A stretch of 64,000 bases of DNA, from assembly GCA_963785305.1 (NCBI GenBank), contig CAWAUV010000004.1, forward strand, positions 448,001 to 512,000, written 5' to 3'. Every line of letters begins with the position of its first letter. Position 1 is the stretch's first letter. Under the pieces are notes generated by a model. That model saw only the letters and a list, made by a program, of their open reading frames with translations. It was not told the origin of the DNA and did not search any database. The position numbers were made by a program, and so were the translations under genes. Shown here one piece after another: positions 1 through 11,504 of this stretch. The stretch is from an uncultured Planctomycetaceae bacterium (GTDB lineage: Bacteria; Planctomycetota; Planctomycetia; Pirellulales; PALSA-1355).

Positions 1-96
1 CGACGCCACGCCGCTCGAACTTGAACATCCGAAGGAACAGCAGGCCAACGCGGCCGAAACACCAATCGACAGAATCGGCGGACAATGGGCTCGCAT
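1..96 (-). CDS. 5' end of a probable lipoprotein (partial, runs off window); possibly the polysaccharide export protein of the locus
   Basis: ATG at 96 reads MRAHCPPILSIGVSAALACCSFGCSSSSGVAS, a hydrophobic leader with an FGC lipobox-like site. A consensus promoter lies upstream. The product guess is from context only. Confidence 0.45.
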   Translation of the reverse strand, partial: MRAHCPPILSIGVSAALACCSFGCSSSSGVAS

Positions 97-350
97 ATCG
101 CACGCGCCTCGCAGTTTTTGGTACGGCGAGAAGAGGCGCTGCGCGACCGGCGGCGAATCTCTTGGTTCGCGGCCACGACAGCCGTCCTCTTCCCTGAGGA
201 CTGTTCGAAACACGACGGCGAGCGTGCGGGATATTGGGTCACCCGGCCCCCGTCTTGAGCATTCTTCGGAAGCGCGTGGCCACAAGATTGAAATAAACCG
301 GAAAATCGGCACAGATACGCCAAATGTCTCGAAACGATGCCAGGGCGGGG

Positions 351-377
351 ATTATAGGGAGCGCTCCGGGCTGTCAA
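351..377 (-). promoter_or_regulatory. sigma70-type promoter TTGACA-15-TATAAT
   Basis: Both hexamers are perfect on the minus strand (377-372, 356-351). The spacer is 15 bp but contains GCGC, where this assembly often loses 1-2 bases. Confidence 0.6.
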
Positions 378-379
378 TA

Positions 380-1612
380 TCAGTCCGGTGCTAGCATCGC
401 TCCGGGCGAACGATGCTTTCGGACGATCGCCGATTTGCGCGGCGAGCACGGTTTCATAGACCCGTAGCACATCCTCGACCATGCGATTCGCCGTGTGCTT
501 GTGCGCATGGCGCGAGACGCTTCGGCATAGCGGCGCCGGCGGGATTCGTCGGCCGCCAACTCGACCAGCGCCTGCGCGAGCGCGGCGGCGTTGTCGCGCG
601 GCACAATCAATCCGTTGCCCTCGGGCTCGACACACAGCGCCGCCCCGCCGATCTCGGTGGTGACGATCGGCAGCCCGGCCGCCAGGGCCTCGATCAACAC
701 ATAGGGCATGCCTTCATAGCGACTCGACAGACAAAACAGGTCGAAGCTCGGCATCACTTCCGTGGCCACGACATCGCCCAGCGCCAGCACTCGCTCGCCG
801 AGCCCCAGCCGCTCGATCCGCCGCCGCACATCGGCCGCCAGCGGGCCATCGCCCACCATCACTAGCCGCATCGCCGGGCCGCGAGCCAGCGCCTGGGCAA
901 ACGCCTCGAGCATCACATCGGGCGCTTTTTGCGCCGTCAGCCGGCCGACGAAACCGATCACGACTTCTTCGGGCCCGATGCCCAGCCTCGCTCGCGCCTC
1001 GCTCTTGCCAGGAAAGGCCGGCGGCGTGATGCCGTTGGGAATCATGTGAATGCGATTGGCATCGATGCCCAGCGCGCGTGCATGCTGCACTTCCTCGGGC
1101 GAGACCGCGATCAAGGCCGCGGTATATTGACCGAGGAAACGTTCGATGCGGCCATAAAACGATCGCTGCCAAGCGCGCAACTCGGGGTCCTGGGTGACAA
1201 ACGCGTTGGGCGTGTACACGGCCGGAATCCTTAGCAAGTAGCCGGCCAGCCGCGCCATGGCGCCGCCCTTCGAGCTATGGCCGTGGATCAGGTCGAACGG
1301 GCCGAGCTCCCTCGCTTTGCGCACCAAGCGCCACAAGTCGGCGGCGTCCGCCGGATGCAATGCCCGGCGCAGCGGGAAGGCGATCATCGGCGGCAGTTCA
1401 GCGCCGGCGAGCCGCTCGCGGCAGGCGGTGTCGAGCTTTCGCGGTGAATAAAGTCCCACGACTTCAACATCGCGCTCTGCCAAACCCTCGGCCAAGTCGA
1501 TCATATGGCGGCCGACTCCGCCGCCGGAAGCCTGCGTGACCAATAGCACCCTTGGCCTGGCGCCCACGCTCGCCGGCCTCCGGCCCCGCACGATTTCAGT
1601 ATTGACACTCAT
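380..1612 (-). CDS. Glycosyltransferase family 4 (GT-B)
   Basis: GGVGRH, HGHSSKGG, FVGRLTAQK and SRYEGMPYVLIEALAAGLP motifs. Apparent indel at ~503; the alternate frame gives a typical tail, NRMVEDVLRVYE. Confidence 0.9.
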   Translation of the reverse strand: MSVNTEIVRGRRPASVGARPRVLLVTQASGGGVGRHMIDLAEGLAERDVEVVGLYSPRKLDTACRERLAGAELPPMIAFPLRRALHPADAADLWRLVRKARELGPFDLIHGHSSKGGAMARLAGYLLRIPAVYTPNAFVTQDPELRAWQRSFYGRIERFLGQYTAALIAVSPEEVQHARALGIDANRIHMIPNGITPPAFPGKSEARARLGIGPEEVVIGFVGRLTAQKAPDVMLEAFAQALARGPAMRLVMVGDGPLAADVRRRIERLGLGERVLALGDVVATEVMPSFDLFCLSSRYEGMPYVLIEALAAGLPIVTTEIGGAALCVEPEGNGLIVPRDNAAALAQALVELAADESRRRRYAEASRAMRTSTRRIAWSRMCYGSMKPCSPRKSAIVRKHRSPGAMLAPD

Positions 1613-3182
1613 GACTCAAGCCTCTCGGACAAAATCCTCTCGAAACACGCTTTGGGAACAGATGTGGGCAAATGCGTTCCCAATCCCTCCACGCACGATT
1701 CCGTTTTTTCGTTGATCGCGTCGATTGCCGGCGCGAGGGGGCCGCCAACGCCTGGGACATCGGCGCCCGGCGCCGCTCGCCCGCCGCGCCGCGCTTCGCC
1801 AGCCACACCACCGTCAGCAGCGCCGCCAGCGCCGGAAAGGTGCGTGTGTAGAACAAATACAAGATCAAGGGCGTCTCCCAAGATCGACATATAAAACAGC
1901 GGATAGAGCAGCACTCCGGCCAAGGTTCCAGCCATGAGCCGGCGGTACAAATTGAAGGAAATGAATCCATAGGCGGCCCAATACACGAGGAAGCCGCCGA
2001 ATCCATAGTCGAGCGCCGGCTGAAAGAGGCCGCCCTCGTTGTTGAGTTCGATCGTGCCGAACCGCTCCAACATTCGCTCATGTGCCTTCGGCACATCGAC
2101 GCCCGTGAGCGATTGATAGGAAAACGGCGTCGCCCGAATGCCGGGAAATTCCCAAAGCGGGCGGAGCGTGAAGTAGGGCAGGGGGCGTGGCTGATCCGTG
2201 GCCAGGGCCATCGCGCCGTTGTTGTGCGCCGTGGTGAAGTAGCCCGACAGGCGCCACACGGTAAAATCGGCGTAGGAATCGAAGCGCGTCTCGTAATACT
2301 TCCACGAGCGAAAGTATTCGCAGAACCCGAAAAAGGCGACAAAGCCGATTCCGCCCAGCACCGGCGCGGCGAAGAGCAAGCCGCGGGCCAGCGGTTTCAC
2401 GCGGCGCCCCAGCACATGCGACCGCAGTCCGACAATGCCCAGCGGCAGGAGCAACTCGATGATCGCGGTGCGCTCGCTAAAGAGCACGCAGCGCACGGCG
2501 GCCACGAAGAAGATCGCCGCCATCGGCAAGAGCAGTCCGCGCCGCTGGCCGCGCACGAAGAGCCACGCCCCCAACAGCACCGCCGCCATGCCGAACTGAG
2601 TGCATGTGGTCACTCCGGGAATCGTGGGAAACAGATCGTGGCGGATCGTTTGATAGTAATCCTCGCTGCCGGTAAAGATTTCCAGGCCCATGCGGACCGA
2701 GAATCCGTTTTTGAAACCCACGGCGAACCAAGCGCCATAGCCCAGCAGCGTGAGTAGGGTAAAAAAGTAAAAGCACTTGCGCACCAAGCCGTCGACGCTC
2801 GGCGATTCGCTCCGCGGCGCGGCGCCGGTCGATTGGCCCAGCGCAGGCCCAGCGCGAAGGCCACGATGGCGCCGAAAGCCAGCAGCACATGTTCGCCGGT
2901 GATGTACTTCGGCGTGCCATAGAGGCGGTAGGCGTTTGTGTTCTGCCACCAAGCCGCGAGAATCGTCGCGCCCACGACTCCGGCAAACGGCCACGCCGGA
3001 TGCAGCCACCAGAGCTGCCGCAATACCACGGCGCCGTTCCCATGCGGCAGCGCGGCCAACGCCAATTCGCTCGATTGAGCCTCGAGCGCCGTCGCCGTCG
3101 GCGATTGTTCCTCGCGAGTCGGGGGCGTTGAATCGCCGATCCCCGCGGGCGCGTTCGCCAGAGAAGCATCGGGAGCCGACAC
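1609..3182 (-). CDS. Wzy-like oligosaccharide repeat polymerase / multi-TM membrane protein (frameshifted in assembly)
   Basis: Many TM segments spread over three frames (WWLHPAW..., SERTAIIE, WRLSGYF, YGFGG). Lies in a wzx/wzc locus. Start (GTG 3182) and end are uncertain. Confidence 0.6.
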
Positions 3183-3189
3183 CGTCGAA

Positions 3190-4589
3190 TCATGCGGCCG
3201 CCGCGCGAACGGCCACCAGGCGAGCCGAACGGGCGCGAGGCCCAAAGCGGCGAGCCCGGCGACATGGGTACGGAGCCCCAAACGCCGACGAGCAAACCAC
3301 CACAAAAGACCGCTTTGCACCGCGATCGCCAGCGCCGAGCCAGCGGCCAGTCCCTCGGGCCCGCGCGAAGCCGCGCCGGCGCCACCCACCACGATCAAAA
3401 TCGCGGTCGCCGCCACATTGACCCATAGCACGAGCGTGTGATGCCCGGTCATGTTGAGCACATAGCCCGGATTGCCGAGCAGCACATACACCAGTTGCCC
3501 GACCAGGAGCGGCGCGATCACCGGCGCCACGCCCACGAACGCCTGGCCAAAAATCAGCCGCGGCAGCGATTCGGGAAACAGGGCCAAGAGCGCGAGCGCC
3601 GCGAGCGATGGGACCGCGGCCAGCGTGGTCGCGCGGCGCACGAGGCGCTCGAGCTCGGCCGGTCGATTCTGGGCATGCAAACGAGGCACCAGGCCAATCA
3701 CCGCCATCATCGCCATTTGAACCGGAAGCTGCGCGAGCAATTGACAGCGCTTCGCGACGCCATAGACCCCGAGCGCCGCCGCATCGAGCAGCGTCCCGCC
3801 GATCCAGATATCGAACTGATAGGTGGCGAATGTCAGCACTTGAATCACGAGCAGCGAACCGGCGGCGGCAAGCAGCCCGACGCGATCGATGGCGCCGGGA
3901 GAAGCCGCATCGGGTGTTGCGCTTTCCGCGCTCGCCCGGCGGCGGGCGCGTCGGAGCGACCAAAGGGCGAATGGCGCCGTGGCGCACACCGAGCCGACCA
4001 GCAGCGCGACCGCGCCGGCGGCCGTGAGGGGCATCGGCCGCGTCGCCACGACAACGAGCGCCGCCAGGAACAAGAGATTGCTGATCGGACCGCCGGCCTG
4101 GCCGCCGGAAAAGAAGCTCGCGCGAGGCAAATCGCCGTAGCCGCGAATCCATTCGGCCGCCGCCTGTTGCCAAGCCAGCACGAAGACGCCGATCGGCGCG
4201 AGCGCCACGATCAGCCAGCGGTCGGATTCCGGCATGTCCGAGTGTAAAAACGCGAGCAAGCCGAGAGCGGCGAACACGGCGGCGGCCAGCGACACGCCGA
4301 GCATGAGCTTGATCGAGCTTGCGAGATAAGACGCTGCCTGGGCCGCCTCTCCGAGCCCCAGGCTTTCGGAAATAAACCGCAGCCCCGCTTCGTTGAACCC
4401 GCCCATGGCGAGCACGCCGCCGAGCGCGATCAAGGTGCTCACGAGGAGAAACAGACCGAAACCGGCCGGTTCCAGCAACCTCGCCGCGACGACATTGCCG
4501 GCGAGCGTGGCGCCGATGCCGACCACTCGGCAGGCGACCACCCAAGCTGCCTCGGGAATTCGCGGCGATTTGAAATTGGGAGCGTTCAT
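3190..4589 (-). CDS. Wzx-type polysaccharide flippase (MOP family)
   Basis: About 12 TM helices; ARLLEPAGFGLF, QFDIWIGG, ALGVYGVAKR and GYVLNMTGH are typical flippase motifs. The stop is inferred via a frameshift near 3200-3240. Confidence 0.8.
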
Positions 4590-6014
4590 GGCGCGATGCA
4601 ACCTCCCCCAGCGCCGCGGCCGGTTCCGGCGCCGCGCGCATGCGCTCCGAGCGAGTCACAATTTGTCGCGAGGATTCGTTCGCCGGGGCCGAGCGATCGG
4701 ATTGCCTCGCAACCGCGATGGCGAGCATGGCCCAGGCGGCGAAGAGCGCGAGTCCATTGGCCGCGGCCGCGAGGCGATAGAGTGCTTGTCCCGGCAGCCC
4801 GCCCGAGGCGCCGAATTGGATTCCAAGCGCATCGAGTTGATAGCTGAAGCCTTCGGTCCAAAAGAAATTGGCGAATGGCGTGAGCAAACAGCCGATCGTG
4901 GCCCAGCGAACCGGCAAGGCCATGCGCCGCCAAGAGCCATCGGCCCCGAACACCGCGGCCAAGATCGGCGCGATCAAGAGCGGCGCGTCATATACGTTGT
5001 GATAAATGCCGATCAGCATCGCCACCAAAAGCAGCGCCCCGCCGCGCTCGCCGCCAGCCGCTCGGATTTGAAGCCGGCGCGCCAGAGGATCGCGGCCGTG
5101 AGGCCGAGCACCGCGATCGCAACCGCAGCGCCGGTCCAGGCGGGCAATGGTTGATTGATGAGATATTCAATAACCGCGGCAAGATCGATCCGGCCGCGGT
5201 TCGTATGCGCGACGACCGTGGGGTTGTGCGCGAAGTTCGACTGATTCGCGGCCACGACGGCGAACGCCGCGCTGGGCGAGGTCACGCCCGCTCTCGCGAA
5301 AATCGCGGTCATGCCCAATACCGCCACGCCGGCGCCCGCGGCCAGCCCGCCTAGACCCGAGCGCCAATCGCGCCGCGCCGTCAGCAGCAGTCCGAGCGGA
5401 CCGCCATAGCTCGGTTTGCACACGGCCAGCGCGACCATCGCGCCCCCGAGCCAGGGCCGCCGATCGCCCAAGTCAACGGCCGCGATCGCGGCGAGGGCGA
5501 GCGGCAGCGCGAACTGGCCCGAGAAAAACACTCCGCGACCCGGTTGGCTGATGAGCAGCAAGGTCGCGAGCGCCACGACCGCGGCAAACGTGGGCCGACG
5601 TCCCGCGACTCGGATCGCCAAGACCGCCAAGCACGCGAACAGGGCGAGGTTCACCACCGACATCGCCACGAGACTCGCGTCGAGCGGCCACGCCGCCAGC
5701 GGCGCATAGAGCACGAGCATCAGGGGAGAATAAAGCGGCAGCGTGTCGAGCGCGTCGTAACGCTCAAGATACCTGGCCGGGTCGCCGCGCGTGGTGTCGT
5801 AGGGATTTACTCCATCGTCGACTGCGCGGAGGGGATAATAAACCACGTCGCGAAAACTGGCGAGCGCCCAATGCTCCGCGTCGGGCCGACCCGCGCACGG
5901 CCAATGTCGCTCGAGCCGCCAGGACATGGCGCCCACGGCTAACAGAAAACCGGCGACCATCGCCATATTGAGCCAAGCGCGGCGGCCGGCAATCGTGGCG
6001 ACCCAATGGTTCAT
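4586..6014 (-). CDS. GT87/DUF2029-like GT-C membrane glycosyltransferase (frameshifted)
   Basis: FRDVVYYP...G.NPY, LYSP, GQF, CKPSYG and YHNVYD motifs in a multi-TM protein. ATGA overlap with the upstream gene; indel at ~5035. Confidence 0.7.
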
Positions 6015-7154
6015 CGCCCCACCACCTCCGCGATATCCGCGGTGTTGGAGGCGAGTGGTTTCGTCGTCCGAGTCCGGCGATCGGCTGGGGCCGCGTCGCG
6101 CGCAGAGCGCGACTTGAGGCTCGGGTCGGTGGCAATCGTGTCGGCGAATTCGCCCAAGGGCAAGACATGAAAACGCGAGCTGAAATCCGAAAGCACCTCG
6201 CGCACGAATGCCCGCTTGTCGGCGCCCGAGAGTTCCATTGCCGGGAAGAAGTCGAGATCGGATTCGTCGTCGCCCCCGAGGAAATCGAGCGGATGCAAGA
6301 GCAGCGACGGCGCGAGCCCGCGGAGCGAGCAGAGCCGCATCGCCAGCCGCCAGTAGGCCCAGGCCCCGGCCCGGGAGAACTTGCACAGATAGAGCAAATA
6401 GCTCAGATGGATCAGCGCGCGCGCGAGCGGCATCGTGGTGACCGGAATCTCGAGCAGCCGATGTTCCTCGCCGCTCGACGTGTATTCCGAATCGACGAGC
6501 GGCGCCGCCGCTTGTTTGGGCCAGCGCCACCAGTAGGGCGCGAGCGGCCGGAAGCCTTCGTTCCACTGTCCGAAAAGCCGCGCTCGCTCGGCGCTCGGCG
6601 CGGCTCAGGCGAGCGCGCAAAAAGTAATACGCCCGGGCCAGGGGGCCGAGAAATGTGGGAAAGGTCGAGGCATCGTAGCGATAGCCGCGCCGCGCGAGGC
6701 TCGCGAGCAACGGCGGCGACAAACTATAGCCCGGCCCGCGAAAGCCAGTTGGCGTCACACCAGTCGCCAGCTCGATCGCCTGCTCGGCGCTGGTGAGCTC
6801 AGTCTCGATTTCCTCATCGGAATAGCGATGCAGCCACGGTTCATGGTGAAACGAATGGTTGCCGATCTCGTGGCCGGCCGCGGCGACCGCTTGGAGCGCC
6901 GCGCGGTTGCGCTCGAGCGCCGCGTCTTGGCCGACGACAAACACCGTGGCGCACAGTCCGAGCGAGGTGAACATTTCAAGAAAGTGCGGCGTCACGCGGT
7001 CCAAGTAACTGGGCAAGCTCCGCCAGCCCGGGTCGCCGTGGGTCTTCAAATACGTCCACTTGTTGTCCAAGTCGAGCGACAGGCTGGCCAACGGTTTTTC
7101 GCGGGCTTTCGGCGGTTCGGGAGAGGGCGGGTTCGCCCGGGGCGCCGATATCAC
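6011..7154 (-). CDS. Polysaccharide deacetylase (CE4/NodB family)
   Basis: SLSLDLD, ATVFVVG, HEIGNHSFHH, GFRGPGYS, YDAS, LLEIPVT and LHPLDF. Two bases missing at ~6591. GTG start inferred from a GTGA overlap. Confidence 0.8.
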
Positions 7155-8484
7155 GACGGACGTCGGCTCGCTTGCGCGGCCGCAAACCACATCGAGCGAC
7201 GATTCGGCGAGCCGCACGGTTTCGTTCACATTCAGCGTGGCGCTCGTGATCTGCGACGAATTCACGAGAAATAGCCCCGGCACGCTGGTCGCCATGCGCG
7301 GCATCCGCTGGCTGTAGCCCAGAGTCGGCAGGGCAAACACATGGCGCCTCGCGACACGCGGAAGGCGCCCACATGGTCGACCGAAAAATGGGGATGAATG
7401 CGCGCGAGCGCCGCCAGGAATTCCTCGCGAACGTCGGCGTCGTCTCGCCGCCAAATCGGGTCGTCGGCCGTGGCGTAGCGCGGCAGATACACGAGAGATT
7501 GACCGCCAAGCTCGGCCCGTTCGACCAGGGCCGTCATCTCGATCACTCCGGTAAATGGCGCCGGATCGGTGATGTTGGTGACATAAAACGGCGACAACGG
7601 TTTTTTGAGCAACAGCAAGGCGCACACAATCCCCAAGTATTCGACCCCGCGCAGCCGCGCATGCTCGGCGACCGAAAGCCCTGGACACATGCCCGCCGCC
7701 AAGGGCGCTGCGGCGGTAACGATCACCCGATCGAAGGCGAGCGACTGGCCATCTTGGAGCGTTACCTGGAGTTGCCGTTGAGAATCATGATCGATTCCAC
7801 CGACACGCGCGTTGAGTCGAATCGACACGCCCAAGGCTTCGAGCCGCAGGCCGAATGCGTCGAGCATGCGCCATAGCCGCCGGGCAAGTAGCCGAACATT
7901 TCTCGCTTGAGTCCGGCGCTACGCGCGGCGTACATCCGCTGGATCGTGGCCCAAATAAAGGCGGCGCTCGTTCGGCGCCAAGCGTCGCCCAGCTTCGCCT
8001 TGAGCAGCGGCAGCCAAATGCGCTCGAATGTTTGCCGGCCCGAGTGCCGGGCGAGCCAATCGCCGACCGGCGTTTGCTCGAGCCGGCGCCAGTCGCGGCA
8101 GCGCGCGGCTTGCCAGATCGTCCAGCCGAGGCGAAGTTTGTCGACCGGCCCGAGGGGCGGAAAGCGGAGGAAATCCCAACTGCTCGAAAACGGATGCAAT
8201 TGCCCATCGACGAGAAAGCCGGTTTGGGTCGTGGTCCAGCGCAGCTGGTCATCGAGCCCGAGATCGGCCAGCAGGCGCCGCAAATGCGAGTCGGAAAGAA
8301 GCGTCACATGATAGTGGCGATCCCAAGTCACGTCGCCCAGGCGCCAGGCGTCGGCAAGACCGCCGAGCCGGTCGGCGCTTTCGAGCAGCGTGACTTTGTA
8401 ACCGCGCTCCGCGAGGCGCAGCGCGAGCGTGAGGCCGAGCATGCCGCCTCCCACCACGCCGAAATGTTCGCCTTGCGACGCCAT
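7151..8484 (-). CDS. NAD(P)/FAD-dependent oxidoreductase (protoporphyrinogen oxidase-like, COG1232 type)
   Basis: VVGGGMLG dinucleotide-binding motif, LGGLA, WDRHYH, GYLPGGY. Indels at ~7868 and ~7345. Confidence 0.8.
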
Positions 8485-8572
8485 ATCTTCCATTTCCGGG
8501 TATTTCAAAATGCGATTTCGCTTGCCCCCAACCGGTTCGCCGCCGGAGAGCCATGGGCACGGCGCACCGGCT

Positions 8573-9200
8573 TTAGCCCGCGCGCGAAATCTCGCGAACC
8601 TCTCGATCCTTGATCTCGAAAAGCAGCCCACAATGGCCGCAAATCACTTCGCAATCCTTCGCCGACACGGCGTCGCCCCACTTCATGACCGGCCGGCCGC
8701 AACGGCAAACGCACCCGATCGAGCACGCCGGATTGCCGATGACAAGGTGGAAATCCGGGACGGATCGCGTGACCACGGCGCCCATGCCGATCATGGCGAA
8801 GCGACCCACGACAAGATCGGCGCCCACGATCGCGCCCGCGCCGATCGTGGCCCCCTCGCGCACCAAGGTCGCGAGCGTGTCGGCGCCGGGATCGGAAGGC
8901 AGCAGTTGCTTGAGGTCGTTGGTGGCGGCCCGCGGGAAGCGATCGTTGGTGAAGGTGGCGCCGGCGCTGACCATCACGCCGTCTTCGATCGTCACTCCGT
9001 TGCAGATATAGGCCATCGAATTGATCTTCACCCGCACGCCGATTCGGACATCGTAGGCCACATAGGCTTTTCCACCGACGATGCACTGTTCGCCCAGGCA
9101 CGCGCCGTGGCGAATGTGCGCAGTTGTCCCACACGCTTGTGCCATCGCCGAGCGTCACGTTGTCTTCGACGATCGCCGTCGGATGGATTCGCGCCGGCAT
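8573..9200 (-). CDS. Hexapeptide-repeat sugar N-acetyltransferase (WbpD/WlbB-like)
   Basis: IHPTAIVE, left-handed beta-helix hexapeptides, FTNDRFPR, GATIGAGA, GNPA, and a C-terminal CxCG...CxxCG knuckle. Extra base at 9122. Confidence 0.85.
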
Positions 9201-9201
9201 A

Positions 9202-10221
9202 TCAGCACACGCTCGCCGATTGGGAAAGATCGGAACCGACGGCCACCCAGCTCGATCGCCACATGGCGTCGTAGGCCGTGTTGATGGCCTCGACCGAGGC
9301 GAGCGCGTCTTGCAGCGAAATCAGCGGCGCCTCGAACCCACGCACCGAGCGCACGAAATTTTCGAGTTTGGCGCCAAAGGCTTGCAGCTTGTCGTAACCG
9401 GCGCCAAACACGGTCCAGTCGCGATCCGAGGCGCGGCGAAACTTCGATTCCTTCCAGCCCAAATGCAATGTGCCGGCCGAGCCATACACGCTCACATAGT
9501 AGGGCAGCTCCTTGTTGATGCTCCACGACAGGTCGATCGTGCCCATCACGCCCTGGGCGCTGCGCACGAACATGCGCACCGTGTCCTCGACCGGAATATC
9601 TTGCACCCGGCGCCCTTCGACCACTTGCAATTCCGCGATCGGACCGAGGAAATATCGCAGTACGTCGACCGAGTGCGTTCCGTTGTCGATCAGCACTCCG
9701 CCGCCGCTGATCGTGGGATCGCTATTCCAGCGGTTTTTCATGTCGACACGCGACGTAAAGGCGTTTTCGAACAAGATCACCTCGCCGATCAGTCCCGAGG
9801 TGATGATCGACTTGGCCTCCAGCACATCGGCCACATAGCGAAACTTCGAAGCCATGCGCAGCGTGCCGGTCGAACGCTCGGCGGCGTCGAGCATCACCCG
9901 GGCATCGTCGGGCGAGACCGCGAGCGGCTTTTCGCAGAGCACATGCAATCCCCGATCGAGCAGCCAGCAGCAGATCTCGGGGTGCGTGGCCGGCGGCGTC
10001 GCCACGACCACCGCTTCGCATTCGGCGCGCTCGATCATCGCGCGATAGCAATCGAACGCTTGGCACTCGGCCCCTTCGGCGAAGGTGCGCGCCGACTCGA
10101 AGCGCGTGTCGGCCACGCCCACCAACTTGGCGAGGCCCGACCGGGCGAAGGCTTGACCATAGGTGTGGGCAATCGCGCCGGCGCCGATGAGTCCGAATCG
10201 CATTTTGTCGTCTTGCTTCAT
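9202..10221 (-). CDS. Gfo/Idh/MocA oxidoreductase (NDP-sugar 3-dehydrogenase-like)
   Basis: GLIGAGAIA, TPPATH, HVLCEKPL, SGGGVLIDNGTHSVD. Confidence 0.88.
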   Translation of the reverse strand: MKQDDKMRFGLIGAGAIAHTYGQAFARSGLAKLVGVADTRFESARTFAEGAECQAFDCYRAMIERAECEAVVVATPPATHPEICCWLLDRGLHVLCEKPLAVSPDDARVMLDAAERSTGTLRMASKFRYVADVLEAKSIITSGLIGEVILFENAFTSRVDMKNRWNSDPTISGGGVLIDNGTHSVDVLRYFLGPIAELQVVEGRRVQDIPVEDTVRMFVRSAQGVMGTIDLSWSINKELPYYVSVYGSAGTLHLGWKESKFRRASDRDWTVFGAGYDKLQAFGAKLENFVRSVRGFEAPLISLQDALASVEAINTAYDAMWRSSWVAVGSDLSQSASVC

Positions 10222-11451
10222 GTTCCCGCTTTCTTCAGTTCGGTGACGCTTTCGAGAATCGACTCGGCGATGTAACGCACATGCTCGGCTTCGAATCGCT
10301 CGTTCCAGGGAAGAACCAATATCTGGTCCAGGCCGTCGTAGGTTCCCTTGAAATCCTCGCGGCGATAGGACACCGCTTCGGGCCGGGCGAGAGTAAACGG
10401 CCAGCGGCTTTTGCCGAATGTTTGCTGGTCGCGAATCACGGCGCACTCGAAGGCCGGCTTTTGGATATAGCGCGGAGCGGCGAAGATGCCCCGCTCCTTG
10501 AGCCGAGCGCCAAGCGCCACCGTGCCACCGGGAATCCGCTGGGGATCGACCGTGAGGCAATAGCGCCAGAACGAATGCGAGTCGCCCGGAAGCGCGCGGC
10601 GTGGTCACACCCGGCAGCGCGACCAGCGCCGCCGAAAGCTGTTTGGCCAGCTCCTTGCGGCGATTGGCGGCGTCGGGCAGTTTGTCGAGTTGCGCCAAGG
10701 CCACGGCGCCTTGCAACTCGGTCATGCGATAATTGAGCGCGAGGAAATAATGGTCGGGCCGGGCGTCGCCATAGCCCCAGGCTTTGTTGATGAACAGGAA
10801 CATTCGCCGGGCCAAGTCCGGATCGTTCGTCACCACGAGCCCGCCTTCGCCGGTCGTAATGTGCTTGCCTTGCTGAAGGCTGAAGGCGCCGATATCGCCC
10901 AGGGCGCCCACCGGCTGGCCGCGATGCCGGCTCTCGAACGCCTGGGCGCAATCCTCGATCACGCGCACGCCATGCTGTTCGCACACCGCATTGATGCCGG
11001 TCATGTCGGCCGGGCAGCCAAATAGGTGCGTGACGATCACCGCCTTGGTGCGCGGGCTGATCACGCGGGCCACCGATTCGGGAGTGACATTGCAGCTTAC
11101 CGGTTCGACATCGGCGAACACCGGAATGGCGCCCTGGTAGAGAATCGGCGTGATCGCGCCCATGTCGGTGATGGGCGATGTGATGATCTCGTCGCCCGGC
11201 TCCGGGTCGATGGCGGCCACCGCCGCATGCACCGCCGCCGATCCATGGGAGCAGGCATAGGCGAACTTGACGCCGAGCTCTTCGGCCCAGCGGGTTTCAA
11301 GCCGCTTGACGAACGCGCCCTTGGTGCTGGTGAGCGTGCCGCTTTGGATCGCCTCCGTGACGAGATCGATTTCCTCTTGTCCCAAGAGGCGACCGCTGGC
11401 GTCTTGGTCCGACGGCAACGGCAGGGGGCGAGTCTTCGTGGCAATACTCAT
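10218..11451 (-). CDS. DegT/DnrJ/EryC1/StrS PLP-dependent sugar aminotransferase
   Basis: GDEIITSP, PVFADV, THLFG, IEDCAQA, FSLQQGKHITTGEGG, NYRMTELQGA. Two bases missing at ~10592. Confidence 0.9.
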
Positions 11452-11504
11452 TGCGGGTTCCACGGGTCTTTCTTGGTGAAAATGCGCCTCGCGGCGCGAA
11501 ACGA

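Noticed and set aside
2610..4601. Flippase-polymerase fusion
   Set aside because: More simply an indel near GCGC sites at ~3200-3240 that hides the TGA at 3190; unproven without polishing.
5013..7688. Oxidoreductase-deacetylase-GT87 fusion (891 aa)
   Set aside because: Chimera of three genes caused by indels; GTGA (7151-7154) and ATGA (6011-6014) overlaps mark the likely boundaries. A real oxidoreductase-deacetylase fusion is not fully excluded.
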